From positions 960,001 through 1,024,000 of the forward strand of contig CAXXDQ010000003.1 of the NCBI GenBank assembly GCA_963664325.2: a stretch of 64,000 nucleotides of DNA, read 5' to 3'. A program made the position numbers and the translations under genes. The notes below the pieces were generated by a model. The model had not been told where the DNA came from, did no database searches, and saw nothing but the letters and a program-made list of their open reading frames with translations. Each line of letters opens with the position of its first letter. The first letter of the stretch is position 1. Positions 9,415 through 18,590 of this stretch are shown piece after piece. This stretch comes from Desulfomonilia bacterium (GTDB lineage: Bacteria; Desulfobacterota; Desulfomonilia; UBA1062).

Positions 9415-11679
9415 ATGAAAAGGTTTGTTGGCGGGGAAATTTTTATTCTGGCGTTGATTTTTTTCATGGCCGTTTCAGCCGGGTGTTCGAGCAGCTCATC
9501 TGATGATCTGAATGCCGGGGCCGATGGCAATACGACAAATCAGCCGGGTAACACAAACCCGGATGACGGTTCGAAAGCCCTTGTCCAGATAGAATCATAC
9601 CTGTCGCAGCTTGTATTTCCATATGATGAGACCAATTCGGAGCTTCTCGACGGCATATCGGATAAACTCGGCCGGATAAACATCGAGGATGAAACGCTTG
9701 TTAAGAACCTTGAATCGGAACTGGGGAAGCTTGTAGAAACGGAATATGAGGAAGGCTCGGCGGATTCCGCCAACCATGTGCTGGCAAGGTTTGAGGGCCT
9801 GCTTGATGAATCCCTGTTGCCTGATCCCGGTATTAATCCTGAACCTGTTCCGGTTGAAGGGCTTGATCCGGAAAAGGTGAGGGTCCTTCTTTCGGACGGC
9901 GTCACAAAAAAAGGCGCAACAGGTCCTGAACAGGAGATTATCCCGTATGCGGTCGTTTATGCCGTTTCAAATCCTGAATCAGATGATGCGCTAAGTTATC
10001 TCCTTGCAAAAAAGGTGAAAGGGGCGCTGGTACAGTTTTCATACAAAAATCCCGAGCTTGGTATCTTTGCCCGCTGGCACAAAATGGGCGAGCCTCTTCT
10101 GACAGACGGCGACGGCAAGGCCGTACAGACAGGCCTCTCAGCCTATCTTAACGATTCATGTTTTCCGACACTCCTTTTCCCAGGGCAGAAAGACATCCTG
10201 CTCAAGGCCGACGTAATCCTGCCTGAAAAGACTGTTACCGATCAAAATGCATTTATACGGGTGTTGAGCACATATGAGGATGGCAATCATGATGCTATAC
10301 TGACGGACCATGACAACACGCTTCATGAAACGGGCGGATCAAACACGGTAAACGATATAATAGATGCCGCCCACGTGCTTAAAAAGGAATGGCCCCTGAC
10401 GGACGCCTATGTGGAGAGTGAAGTAAAAGAATGGATAGCGGGGCACAATGACCTTGTAATAGTCTCAGGGCTTCCTCACCAGTTAAGGGGCAAGGCCAGG
10501 GAACAGATGGCGCTTCACTTTGGTGACAACCCGCGCCGCATTCCCATGATTCTTGAAAAGGACACTCCTTATAATGACATGAGAATGTTCAAAGCCGGAA
10601 TACTGAAAATCCTGAAAGGCCTGTACGGCTCCGCGCATATAAAGGCTATGGTCGGAGATACGGTAAGCCAGGACGGATACGGTGCTTTGGCAAACAGCGT
10701 GTTTTATGTGCCCTACAAAGTTAACTACAAGGCAAACCCGGACAGGCTCGATACTGACAGCTACGGGAAAATCGATCCCAATACGATTGCAATGAACTGG
10801 TCCGAGGTAATGGAAATGATAGAGACCGGGAGCATATCAAAAAAGAATTTCTGGATCCGCAGCAATGCATTCCTCAACATAGCGCACAGAGGAGGCGGTG
10901 AGCTTGCACCCGAAGACACGCTTACGGCTTACAGGAATGCCGTATCTGTTGGTGCTGATGCAATCGAGGGAGACTGCCACAGGACAAAGGACGGGGTCAT
11001 GGTTGTTTCGCATGATGCCACCGTCGACAGGTGTACTGACGGAACAGGTGCGATTGAAGACCTGACTTTTGCCGAGATACGTTTGCTTGATGCCGGTTAC
11101 CGGTATACGCCTGATAACGGTGCGACATATCCTTTCAGGGGCAAGGGCGTAAAAATACCGACGGTTGAAGAAGTCTTTCAGATGCTTACAACCGACCTTT
11201 CGGATGTGCCGATGATCCTTGAGATAAAGACGGAAAAGAACAGGGCGGAAGCTGTAGAATTTGTGCTTGATCTGATCCTGGAATATGACAAAGGAACGGG
11301 AGACCTTATCAACCGCCTTCAGATGGGAGCCTTCAATCAGGAGGCCCTTGATTATGTATACCAGATGGGTAAAGAGCGTAATATGGACCTTGTCAGGTGC
11401 TATTCAACGGAAGGCGTACTTCAATTTTTGACCAGACCCGTAAAGGAACTTCTCAGTCCTGATTATGTATCCCCGGGAGATGTCCTTGCACTGCCGTGGG
11501 CGCTTGTGACCCCGTCCGTGATGCAGAAGGCGCGCGAGACGGGCACCAATGCAAACGTCTGGACAGTGAATGATAAATTCCACATGAAATGGCTCAAGGA
11601 TGTCATGAAGGTCGACGGCATAATGACGGACAATCCGAGGCTTCTCGAAGAAGTGATAAGGGAAGACGCAGCAAAGTAA
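9415..11679 (+). CDS. Lipoprotein with a HAD-like phosphatase domain and a C-terminal glycerophosphodiester phosphodiesterase
   Basis: Lipobox VSAGC; DHDNT, IVSG and GDTVSQD HAD motifs; IAHRGG, PEDT, EGDCHRTKDG, SHD, WTVN, GIMTDNP GDPD motifs. Confidence 0.8.
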   Translation: MKRFVGGEIFILALIFFMAVSAGCSSSSSDDLNAGADGNTTNQPGNTNPDDGSKALVQIESYLSQLVFPYDETNSELLDGISDKLGRINIEDETLVKNLESELGKLVETEYEEGSADSANHVLARFEGLLDESLLPDPGINPEPVPVEGLDPEKVRVLLSDGVTKKGATGPEQEIIPYAVVYAVSNPESDDALSYLLAKKVKGALVQFSYKNPELGIFARWHKMGEPLLTDGDGKAVQTGLSAYLNDSCFPTLLFPGQKDILLKADVILPEKTVTDQNAFIRVLSTYEDGNHDAILTDHDNTLHETGGSNTVNDIIDAAHVLKKEWPLTDAYVESEVKEWIAGHNDLVIVSGLPHQLRGKAREQMALHFGDNPRRIPMILEKDTPYNDMRMFKAGILKILKGLYGSAHIKAMVGDTVSQDGYGALANSVFYVPYKVNYKANPDRLDTDSYGKIDPNTIAMNWSEVMEMIETGSISKKNFWIRSNAFLNIAHRGGGELAPEDTLTAYRNAVSVGADAIEGDCHRTKDGVMVVSHDATVDRCTDGTGAIEDLTFAEIRLLDAGYRYTPDNGATYPFRGKGVKIPTVEEVFQMLTTDLSDVPMILEIKTEKNRAEAVEFVLDLILEYDKGTGDLINRLQMGAFNQEALDYVYQMGKERNMDLVRCYSTEGVLQFLTRPVKELLSPDYVSPGDVLALPWALVTPSVMQKARETGTNANVWTVNDKFHMKWLKDVMKVDGIMTDNPRLLEEVIREDAAK

Positions 11680-11692
11680 GAATGGAGGGAAA

Positions 11693-12097
11693 ATGAAATA
11701 TTTTACCGCCGAAGAGGCGAGGGCGTTCGCCGGGAAATGGCTCCCCGCATGGACGGGAAACAATCCCGGGCTGCTTGCCGGTTTCTATTCGGATGACGCC
11801 TTCTACCTCGACCCTGCAATCCCGCAGGGCATCAAGGGAAAAGAGGCCCTGATAAAATATTTCACTAAGCTCCTGCGCATAAACCCGGACTGGATATGGA
11901 CGCAGCTGGAGGGCATTCCGCTGAAGGACGGCTTTCTGAACAAGTGGCTCGCAAAAATTCCGGCAGGCGATAAGGTGCTGGAGATTGTCGGAGTTTGTTT
12001 TGTCCAGATAAACGATGAGGGGAAAATCTACAGGAATGAGGTCTATTTCGACAGATCGCCGCTTCTGGCCGAGCTTTCAAAACAGAGGGACAAATAG
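11693..12097 (+). CDS. NTF2/SnoaL-like protein
   Basis: WLPAW...FYSDDAFYLDP...GKIYRNEVYFD pattern; RBS present. Confidence 0.75.
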   Translation: MKYFTAEEARAFAGKWLPAWTGNNPGLLAGFYSDDAFYLDPAIPQGIKGKEALIKYFTKLLRINPDWIWTQLEGIPLKDGFLNKWLAKIPAGDKVLEIVGVCFVQINDEGKIYRNEVYFDRSPLLAELSKQRDK

Positions 12098-12136
12098 AAA
12101 AAAGTCTTCACCTGAATTTTATAATCAGGGCGGCTT

Positions 12137-13849
12137 TTATCCGGAAAGCCACCTTCCGACATCATCAAAAAACTTGTCCGGCTGGGCCAGCGTGACCATG
12201 TGGCCCGATGCCCTGTAGCGAGGGAAGTATATCGGGCGCATGTCTGGTGTCTCCATATCCGGCAGTGATCCCGGCCTGTAGTAGACGTATATGTATCCGT
12301 CGTCTGTAGCGTCATCCCACACGACGTCTTCCACGATGTCCGTATATTCCTTTATGGAGTCCGGGAGAACTGCTGCGTATATGACGAGGTCCAGATCGCA
12401 GTCGCTGATGAAGGTATCGACAAGCGGCAGGTTTTCTAAGAAAAGCCTGCCATAGGTTTCATCCATCGGGTCTATCGGGTAGCCTGCATCTATCGCCCTG
12501 TTGTTATAGTATGTATTGTTGACGGCATCGTTGCAGCCGACAACGTAAGCGTCCCACGGATTAAGTGAGCCCAGCAGCATTTCGAGCGTATCCGTTGCCT
12601 CTTTCGGTCTTATTCCTTCGCTTCCCAGGGCCTTCAGCATTACCGTTTTTCTTATCCTCATCCTTTCCGCCGCAGGCAGCCTCTCAAACCCGACACTCTC
12701 AAGGACCGCCATTGCATCCCGGGATTCGCTTTCGATGTATCTGTACGCGTTGTTCCTCACCGAAGGTTTGAGAAGACGTATCGACAGGGCATCACGTCCC
12801 CATATATCGGAGAGGATGGATCCCCTGTCGACCATACCCCGGTTGTAGTCCGATATCCCCATCGTATAGCCATCATCCATGTCATACTGGTAGACGTCCC
12901 TTTTCGCAGTGTCCTCCACATAATCGAGCGCATTGTCGAAGGCGGTGCAGTCCGGCCTTCCATTGCACGGCGTGTACGTCGTGCCGGTGGCCTGTGCTAT
13001 GCCGAATATTAAGGAACCTTCTTTCTCGTATGCCTCGCCTGCAAGATCGTCCTGGTAATGCCCTGTGAGCAGCGGCTCGATCAGTATCTGGCTGCCGAAC
13101 TGTGAGGCGACGGCTTCAGGCGGGACGGTCCGGCCCTTACAGGAGGGGTCGATCTTCTCGAAGTGATTCTGTATCTCGGCTGAGAGCGCATCGTCTCTGT
13201 ATATCCTGCTCCCGTCGCCGTAACGGGTGTAGAAAAGCAGGAGGTTCAGCATGGTTTCGGCCCTTGTACCACCATAGCTTTCGCCGACGATTATCACCGG
13301 GTTGCTTTCGATTGCCGGGCGGTCGGCGAGAAATCGCAGCAGGACACGTGTCACCTGCGCTGCGTCAATGAACGGGTTGAAATTCCGGGCCTCGAATTCC
13401 GCTGTCCTCACATCCTTATTGTCTGCATATTTTACCAGGTTATATGAGAACCCGGTATTGGGCGCATCGATGTACAGCAGATTGCCGAGCCGGGTAAAGC
13501 TGTAGGGATTGGCTTTGATGCTGTCTGTCCGGTTTTTGTCAAGCGTGAAGGGGGCGGTATTGAGGCTCAGGAGCCCTGTGCATGTGGCGCAACCCGGCCC
13601 GCCGTTGAAGAACACGAAAAGGGGTTTTGTATCAGGCGTTTCATCAGCCGGGAAGAATGAATATGAAACCCGTATTCTCGAAGATGTGTAAGACAGCGTC
13701 GGGCCGTAGTTCTGAAAGCTGAAGTTTATCGGCCCGATCTCATAGAAACCGTTGTTTTGTGTGGCGGGCTGATTGTCAGAGCTGTCGCTGCAGGCGTACG
13801 AGATAAAGGAAACAGCAATCAAAAGGAAAACGAGCCTTACATATTTCAT
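12137..13849 (-). CDS. S10 family serine carboxypeptidase, lipoprotein
   Basis: FNGGPGC, YIDAPNTGFSY, GESYGG nucleophile elbow, GHMV; lipobox SYAC. Confidence 0.85.
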   Translation of the reverse strand: MKYVRLVFLLIAVSFISYACSDSSDNQPATQNNGFYEIGPINFSFQNYGPTLSYTSSRIRVSYSFFPADETPDTKPLFVFFNGGPGCATCTGLLSLNTAPFTLDKNRTDSIKANPYSFTRLGNLLYIDAPNTGFSYNLVKYADNKDVRTAEFEARNFNPFIDAAQVTRVLLRFLADRPAIESNPVIIVGESYGGTRAETMLNLLLFYTRYGDGSRIYRDDALSAEIQNHFEKIDPSCKGRTVPPEAVASQFGSQILIEPLLTGHYQDDLAGEAYEKEGSLIFGIAQATGTTYTPCNGRPDCTAFDNALDYVEDTAKRDVYQYDMDDGYTMGISDYNRGMVDRGSILSDIWGRDALSIRLLKPSVRNNAYRYIESESRDAMAVLESVGFERLPAAERMRIRKTVMLKALGSEGIRPKEATDTLEMLLGSLNPWDAYVVGCNDAVNNTYYNNRAIDAGYPIDPMDETYGRLFLENLPLVDTFISDCDLDLVIYAAVLPDSIKEYTDIVEDVVWDDATDDGYIYVYYRPGSLPDMETPDMRPIYFPRYRASGHMVTLAQPDKFFDDVGRWLSG

Positions 13850-13879
13850 TTACGCACCCCCATTACCGATTGAACCGGA

Positions 13880-14683
13880 CTAATGCCTGTAAAGTCCGGA
13901 AAAGCTTATGCCGTTTTTCCCGGCGTTCACTTTTCCCAGAAGCTCTATGTGATCCCAGTATCTGCTGTCGGATGCCTGCATTTCCCAGCCTGAAAGCATA
14001 TCCGGATAGTGCCTCTTCATGACCTGTTTTACGCCAAGAAGACATGCGCCTCTCATGTTGAACGCCTCTATTGCCGTTTCATCGGCTATCCTGCTCAGTT
14101 TCATGAACAGTTTCTCCACGTCCGATATGCCCGGAAGGTACGGGCTTATAAAAGCCCATGTGCCGATGCCGCTGTCTTTCAGCCTTGCCAGAGCAGCAAG
14201 CCTTTTCGAAGGCAACGGCGCACAAGGCTCGAAATGCCTTCCAGCCCTGTCGTTAGTTGTCATGATGCTGAGACCGACACTGGCGTTTCTGAATCTTTTC
14301 AGGAGGTCGATATCACGGGTAACGAGATCGGATTTGGTCAGTATCTCGATGTTCACATCGTGGTCGAGAAGTATTTCAAGAAGCCTTCTGGTAATCCTGT
14401 ATTTCGCCTCTGCATACTGGTAGGCGTCAGTAACGCTTGAAAGCATGACGGTTCCCGTAACGGTTTTGCGTTTCAGTTTTTTTTCCAGAAGTTCAGGCGC
14501 GTTGATTTTAATGTCCAGGAACCTGCCCCAGGGCTCCGAATGGCCGGTGAACCTTCTCATGAAAGTCGCATAGCAGTAGACACAAGAATGCAGACACCCC
14601 GTGTACGGATTGATTGCCCAGGATATGCCCGGTATCCCTGATTTGTTCAAAATGGAAGAGGCAGACCTTTCAGTGATTGTCAT
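13880..14683 (-). CDS. Radical SAM protein, spore-photoproduct-lyase-like family
   Basis: NPYTGCLHSCVYCYA (CxxxCxxC), SSVTDAYQ, LTKSDLVTRDID. Confidence 0.85.
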   Translation of the reverse strand: MTITERSASSILNKSGIPGISWAINPYTGCLHSCVYCYATFMRRFTGHSEPWGRFLDIKINAPELLEKKLKRKTVTGTVMLSSVTDAYQYAEAKYRITRRLLEILLDHDVNIEILTKSDLVTRDIDLLKRFRNASVGLSIMTTNDRAGRHFEPCAPLPSKRLAALARLKDSGIGTWAFISPYLPGISDVEKLFMKLSRIADETAIEAFNMRGACLLGVKQVMKRHYPDMLSGWEMQASDSRYWDHIELLGKVNAGKNGISFSGLYRH

Positions 14684-14793
14684 GCTTCTGTAAGGGTATC
14701 ATAGTTCTGCAGGCGAAACACCTTGTTAATGGATGAAAAATTGTATAGAAAGACAGTATATAATTTATTTCATTTGAATAAGGAGGGATCAAA

Positions 14794-15648
14794 ATGGGAA
14801 GGCTTCTGGGTATCATACTCCAGATATTAATTGTTCTTGTCATAACGGAGGCACCTTGTGCAGCCCCGGCCGAAACCGAAAACTCCGAGGCAAAAGAACT
14901 CATAGAGACCAAAATGACCCCTGAAACATGGATGATCACTGCAACCGAGATCATAGGCATGCAGTGGGTTCCCGCTTATGACTCTTCCACAAACAGTGTG
15001 AAGAACCTTTACATGTCGTACAGGGTCGATGAGAAGGGCTATATTATTTATTCAAAGCTTGCATACACTACCGGTGATATTGTATTGGACAAGGCCCTTG
15101 AGGAATCGTTCAAGAAGATAGTGAAACTGCCTCCGCCTCCGAAAGAGCTGATGAAAAACAGGGCATATCGCGACTTTACGTTCACGAAGGGTGAATCCGT
15201 CAAGCAGAGAGGAACAGGGGTAGTCCATAAGAAGGAAACCTCAATGAATTATGAAAAAATCCAGTATTCGTCCGGGGGAAGAACACCTTTCTATTATAAG
15301 ACCGACAGATTCATGATGGCCATTTCCATAATCGAAGCGAATGAAGTAGTAAAGGTGGAGAGCATCAAAAGTGCGGATCTTAACATATGGAGCATGTCTG
15401 TCTTTGACAGCCTGGGAAAGGCGCTGCCGCCTTTGAATGACAACGGCAAAAAAAAGAAGGTGTCGGTTGTATATGAGTTCAACATTTCGGGATACGGCAT
15501 TATTACAGAAAGCAAAATGATAAAGGCAACGGACATGGCGAATGTTGACGTCATCCTTGACAGGATGCTCGGAAACGGCGGCAGGCTCAGTCCGCCTCCT
15601 GTAGCCGGGAAATATTATATAATGCTGGAGATGATTCTTAATTCCTGA
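14794..15648 (+). CDS. Exported protein with two TonB/TolA C-terminal-like domains
   Basis: Signal peptide; two repeats of the type (VDEKG/ISGYG)...(LDKALE/VDVILD)...LPPPP/LSPPP. Confidence 0.5.
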   Translation: MGRLLGIILQILIVLVITEAPCAAPAETENSEAKELIETKMTPETWMITATEIIGMQWVPAYDSSTNSVKNLYMSYRVDEKGYIIYSKLAYTTGDIVLDKALEESFKKIVKLPPPPKELMKNRAYRDFTFTKGESVKQRGTGVVHKKETSMNYEKIQYSSGGRTPFYYKTDRFMMAISIIEANEVVKVESIKSADLNIWSMSVFDSLGKALPPLNDNGKKKKVSVVYEFNISGYGIITESKMIKATDMANVDVILDRMLGNGGRLSPPPVAGKYYIMLEMILNS

Positions 15649-15847
15649 AGACAGCCGGACCGTCCCGGCCGTCTGCTGCAATTATTAGGGGCGGCGGTTT
15701 ACCGGCCGGATTAAATCCCTGCGGCTTTAATTATATCCTCCGGTATTTTTGTGATAGTGAAACAGTCACCGGAGCCTGGATTGTTTAATGGCCGTTTTAT
15801 ATAATGGCCCTGAAAATCCGGCTGGTTCAGATGAAAGGGGAAAGAAG

Positions 15848-16330
15848 ATGGAGGCAGGTTTCAGAACAGCAGGGCATGCGGACGCCGATCAAATCCTTAC
15901 TTATATGAAGATTTTCTATGCAGAGGACGGGTACGTCTATCGTCACGATGAGGCGGAATATAACCTGAGAAAATTCATCGACACTCCCGACTGGGGCCGG
16001 GTGTTTGTACTTGAAGCCGGTGAAGGCGGGATCGCCGGTTACATGGTGATCGTGTTCATCTGCAGTATGGAGCACCAGGGCCGGGACGCCTATATTGACG
16101 AATTGTACATATCCGAAGAGTTCAGGGGAAAGGGCTATGGAAGTGAAGGCCTTGACCTGGCCGAAAAGTTCTGCGCCGAGACCGGTATAAAGGCCTTGCA
16201 CCTTGAGGTGGAGAGGTACAAGGACCGGGCGGTCAGGCTTTATAAATCACGGGGTTTCTTTGACCGCGGCAGATTCCTGCTGACAAAATGGATCAGGAGG
16301 GAAGGCCGTTCAAATATTGTCGGCGGTTGA
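15848..16330 (+). CDS. GNAT family N-acetyltransferase
   Basis: IDELYISEEFRGKGYG, LHLEVER...AVRLYKSRGF. Confidence 0.85.
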   Translation: MEAGFRTAGHADADQILTYMKIFYAEDGYVYRHDEAEYNLRKFIDTPDWGRVFVLEAGEGGIAGYMVIVFICSMEHQGRDAYIDELYISEEFRGKGYGSEGLDLAEKFCAETGIKALHLEVERYKDRAVRLYKSRGFFDRGRFLLTKWIRREGRSNIVGG

Positions 16331-17992
16331 GCTTCTTGAATATTCCCAGCCGGTAAGGGCATCATAGGCCTCTTCGGGAGTTCGGGATCCAGATAGTTTT
16401 TCAGTGAGCTGCTTGTCCTTAAGCGCTCTTGCCGTGAGTCCAAGCAGTCTGATCTGCATGTCGGGGTTTTCAAGAGGGGACAAAATAAGAAAAACAAATT
16501 GAATTGGTCTGTCTGTCACCACATCTGAAACACCTTTGCGTGTCAGTCCAAGGGCCACGGATGTTTTTTTCAGGGCGCTTATCCTTGCATGCGGGAAAGC
16601 GGCCCCTTCATTATAAAATGTCGAACCCTGGCCCTCCCTTTCAAGAACGGCCCTCAAAACACCGTCTTTATGTTCCGTTCCCGAGATAGTTGCAGCGGTT
16701 TCGCACAGTTTCTTCAGAAGGATATCCTTCGGGACGGCATCTTCAAAAATCAGAATGCCTTCAGGCGACATGAACCTGCTCAGGAGGTTGCCCTGGCCGT
16801 CATGCTTTGTTCTTCTTGATTCGGTCAGGGTTTCGGTTTTGCCGTTTTCAAGAGCCTTGCCGCCCGCCGTCTTCGTGTCATGGATTATGATGGTGATGTC
16901 TTTCGCCTTCTTAATCAGACGGCCTGCAATATCCTGTTTGCCGGTCAGCTTTTTCCACCAGGGAATATCCGCCGGACTCCCTATTATCACATGTCCGACC
17001 CTGTATTCCTTGGCGAACTGAAGGATCGCCTCGGCAATATTTTCACCCTTGAATGTAAATACCAGCGCTCCCAGCTGTTTGGCCAGGGTCAGGGTATCGG
17101 AGAGGAGCCTCTGGGTAAGCGAATCTATAAAGCCCGGTTCTTCGGACGGGGTCTGGATATAAACTGCGTACCAGTTTCTGTTCAGCCTTCCCGCCAGCCG
17201 GGACGCATATCTCAGCAGCCTCTCGCTGTTGGGTCCTTTAGATGAGAGACAGACCATTATCTGGTCAGGGGTTGCGGCGAGGCTGTCCTCGTTCAGGTCC
17301 CGGGCCTTCAGGTCGATCTGCGAAGCAAGTTCCCGCAGAGTGAGTTCCCTTAACTGTTCAAGGTTTGTCTTCTTGAAGAAATTACTCAGCGCCGTTTCAA
17401 CCCTTTCCCTGGGGTATATCTTGCCTTGCCTGAGCCTCTCGTTGAGATCTTCCGTGGTCAGATCGACATTTACTATCTCGTCTGCGTCGGCCAGCACGGA
17501 ATCGGGTATGCGTTCGAAGACCCTGACATTGGAAGCCTTTTCTACAATATTATATAAACTTTCGATGTGCTGTATATTGAGCGTGGTAATGACATGGATA
17601 CCCTCGGCAAGTATGTCCTGGACGTCCTCATAGCGCTTGGCGTTCCTTCCGCCCGGGACGTTCGTATGCGCAAGCTCGTCGATAAGTACGACCTGGGGCC
17701 TTCTGGCTATTATTGCTTCGGTATCCATTTCCTCGAGTACGATGCCCCGGTACTCATGGCGCTTCCTCGGGATGATCTCAAGACCTTCAAGCAGCGCTGC
17801 GGTTTCCCTGCGGCCGTGAGTCTCGACAAGACCGACTGCGGCGTCCACCCCGGCTGAGACCATCCTGTGGGCCTCTTCGAGCATTTCATAGGTCTTGCCC
17901 ACGCCTGCGGCATAACCCAGGTAAACCTTCAGACGCCCCCGCTTTGAGCCCCGGATCATTTTAAGAAATGAATCAGCCCTGTTATCTTCCAT
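16310..17992 (-). CDS. kdpD: Split KdpD: KdpD N-terminal sensor + USP domain + PTS EIIA domain, without TM or kinase domains
   Basis: GRLKVYLGYAAGVGKTY, VETHGR, IDELAHTN, TLNIQHIESL; USP segment; C-terminal REGQGST...AFPHAR EIIA signature. Confidence 0.85.
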   Translation of the reverse strand: MEDNRADSFLKMIRGSKRGRLKVYLGYAAGVGKTYEMLEEAHRMVSAGVDAAVGLVETHGRRETAALLEGLEIIPRKRHEYRGIVLEEMDTEAIIARRPQVVLIDELAHTNVPGGRNAKRYEDVQDILAEGIHVITTLNIQHIESLYNIVEKASNVRVFERIPDSVLADADEIVNVDLTTEDLNERLRQGKIYPRERVETALSNFFKKTNLEQLRELTLRELASQIDLKARDLNEDSLAATPDQIMVCLSSKGPNSERLLRYASRLAGRLNRNWYAVYIQTPSEEPGFIDSLTQRLLSDTLTLAKQLGALVFTFKGENIAEAILQFAKEYRVGHVIIGSPADIPWWKKLTGKQDIAGRLIKKAKDITIIIHDTKTAGGKALENGKTETLTESRRTKHDGQGNLLSRFMSPEGILIFEDAVPKDILLKKLCETAATISGTEHKDGVLRAVLEREGQGSTFYNEGAAFPHARISALKKTSVALGLTRKGVSDVVTDRPIQFVFLILSPLENPDMQIRLLGLTARALKDKQLTEKLSGSRTPEEAYDALTGWEYSRSSTADNI

Positions 17993-18578
17993 CAGAGGAC
18001 CTTTCCCTGTTCAGCCCGTAATTTAGCATGAGCACATTAACGCCCGGCTCTCCCAGAAAGCCCAGGCCCCTTCCTTCAAGATATTTCATGACCATATGCC
18101 TTATGTGATTTTCATTCAACTTTCTTGCCCTTGCCACCCTTGGAACCTGAAGGAGGGCGTTATCGAGGCTTATATGGGGGTCGAGTCCGCTTGCCGAGGC
18201 TGTTACTGCATCAGCAGGTATTAATGCATTTCTCGCCAGGCCGTTGATCCTCCTGTATGACCCGGTTCTCATTTTCAGAGTATCCGCAAATTTCCTTGAT
18301 AAGGGACCGAGATTGGAGCCGCCCGAACCTGCTGCGTCATAGCCCTGACCAGCCGCTGACGGCCTCGGGTGAAAATATTCATCACCGGAAAACCCCTGTG
18401 GAATCAGCCTTGAGCCGGCAAGCCTCCCATTGTCATAAAAAAGGGAGCCGTTTGCCTTTTCATTAAAGAAAGTCTGGGCAATTCCAAAGACAATTGCAGG
18501 ATAAATGCCGCAGGCAAGCACTCCGATAACTGCAGTAAGAATAAGGGCAGTTCTGATCTCTCTGATTATCGCTTTCAT
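17982..18578 (-). CDS. kdpC: K+-transporting ATPase subunit C
   Basis: ANGSL, YFHPRPSA, SGGSNLGP, VTASASGLDPHIS, GEPGVNVL. Confidence 0.95.
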   Translation of the reverse strand: MKAIIREIRTALILTAVIGVLACGIYPAIVFGIAQTFFNEKANGSLFYDNGRLAGSRLIPQGFSGDEYFHPRPSAAGQGYDAAGSGGSNLGPLSRKFADTLKMRTGSYRRINGLARNALIPADAVTASASGLDPHISLDNALLQVPRVARARKLNENHIRHMVMKYLEGRGLGFLGEPGVNVLMLNYGLNRERSSDGR

Positions 18579-18590
18579 GATCTGGGCCGC

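Noticed and set aside
13880-14683. Radical SAM gene as maturase of the peptide at 31408
   Set aside because: SPL-like family, no SPASM or RRE domain, and 17 kb away
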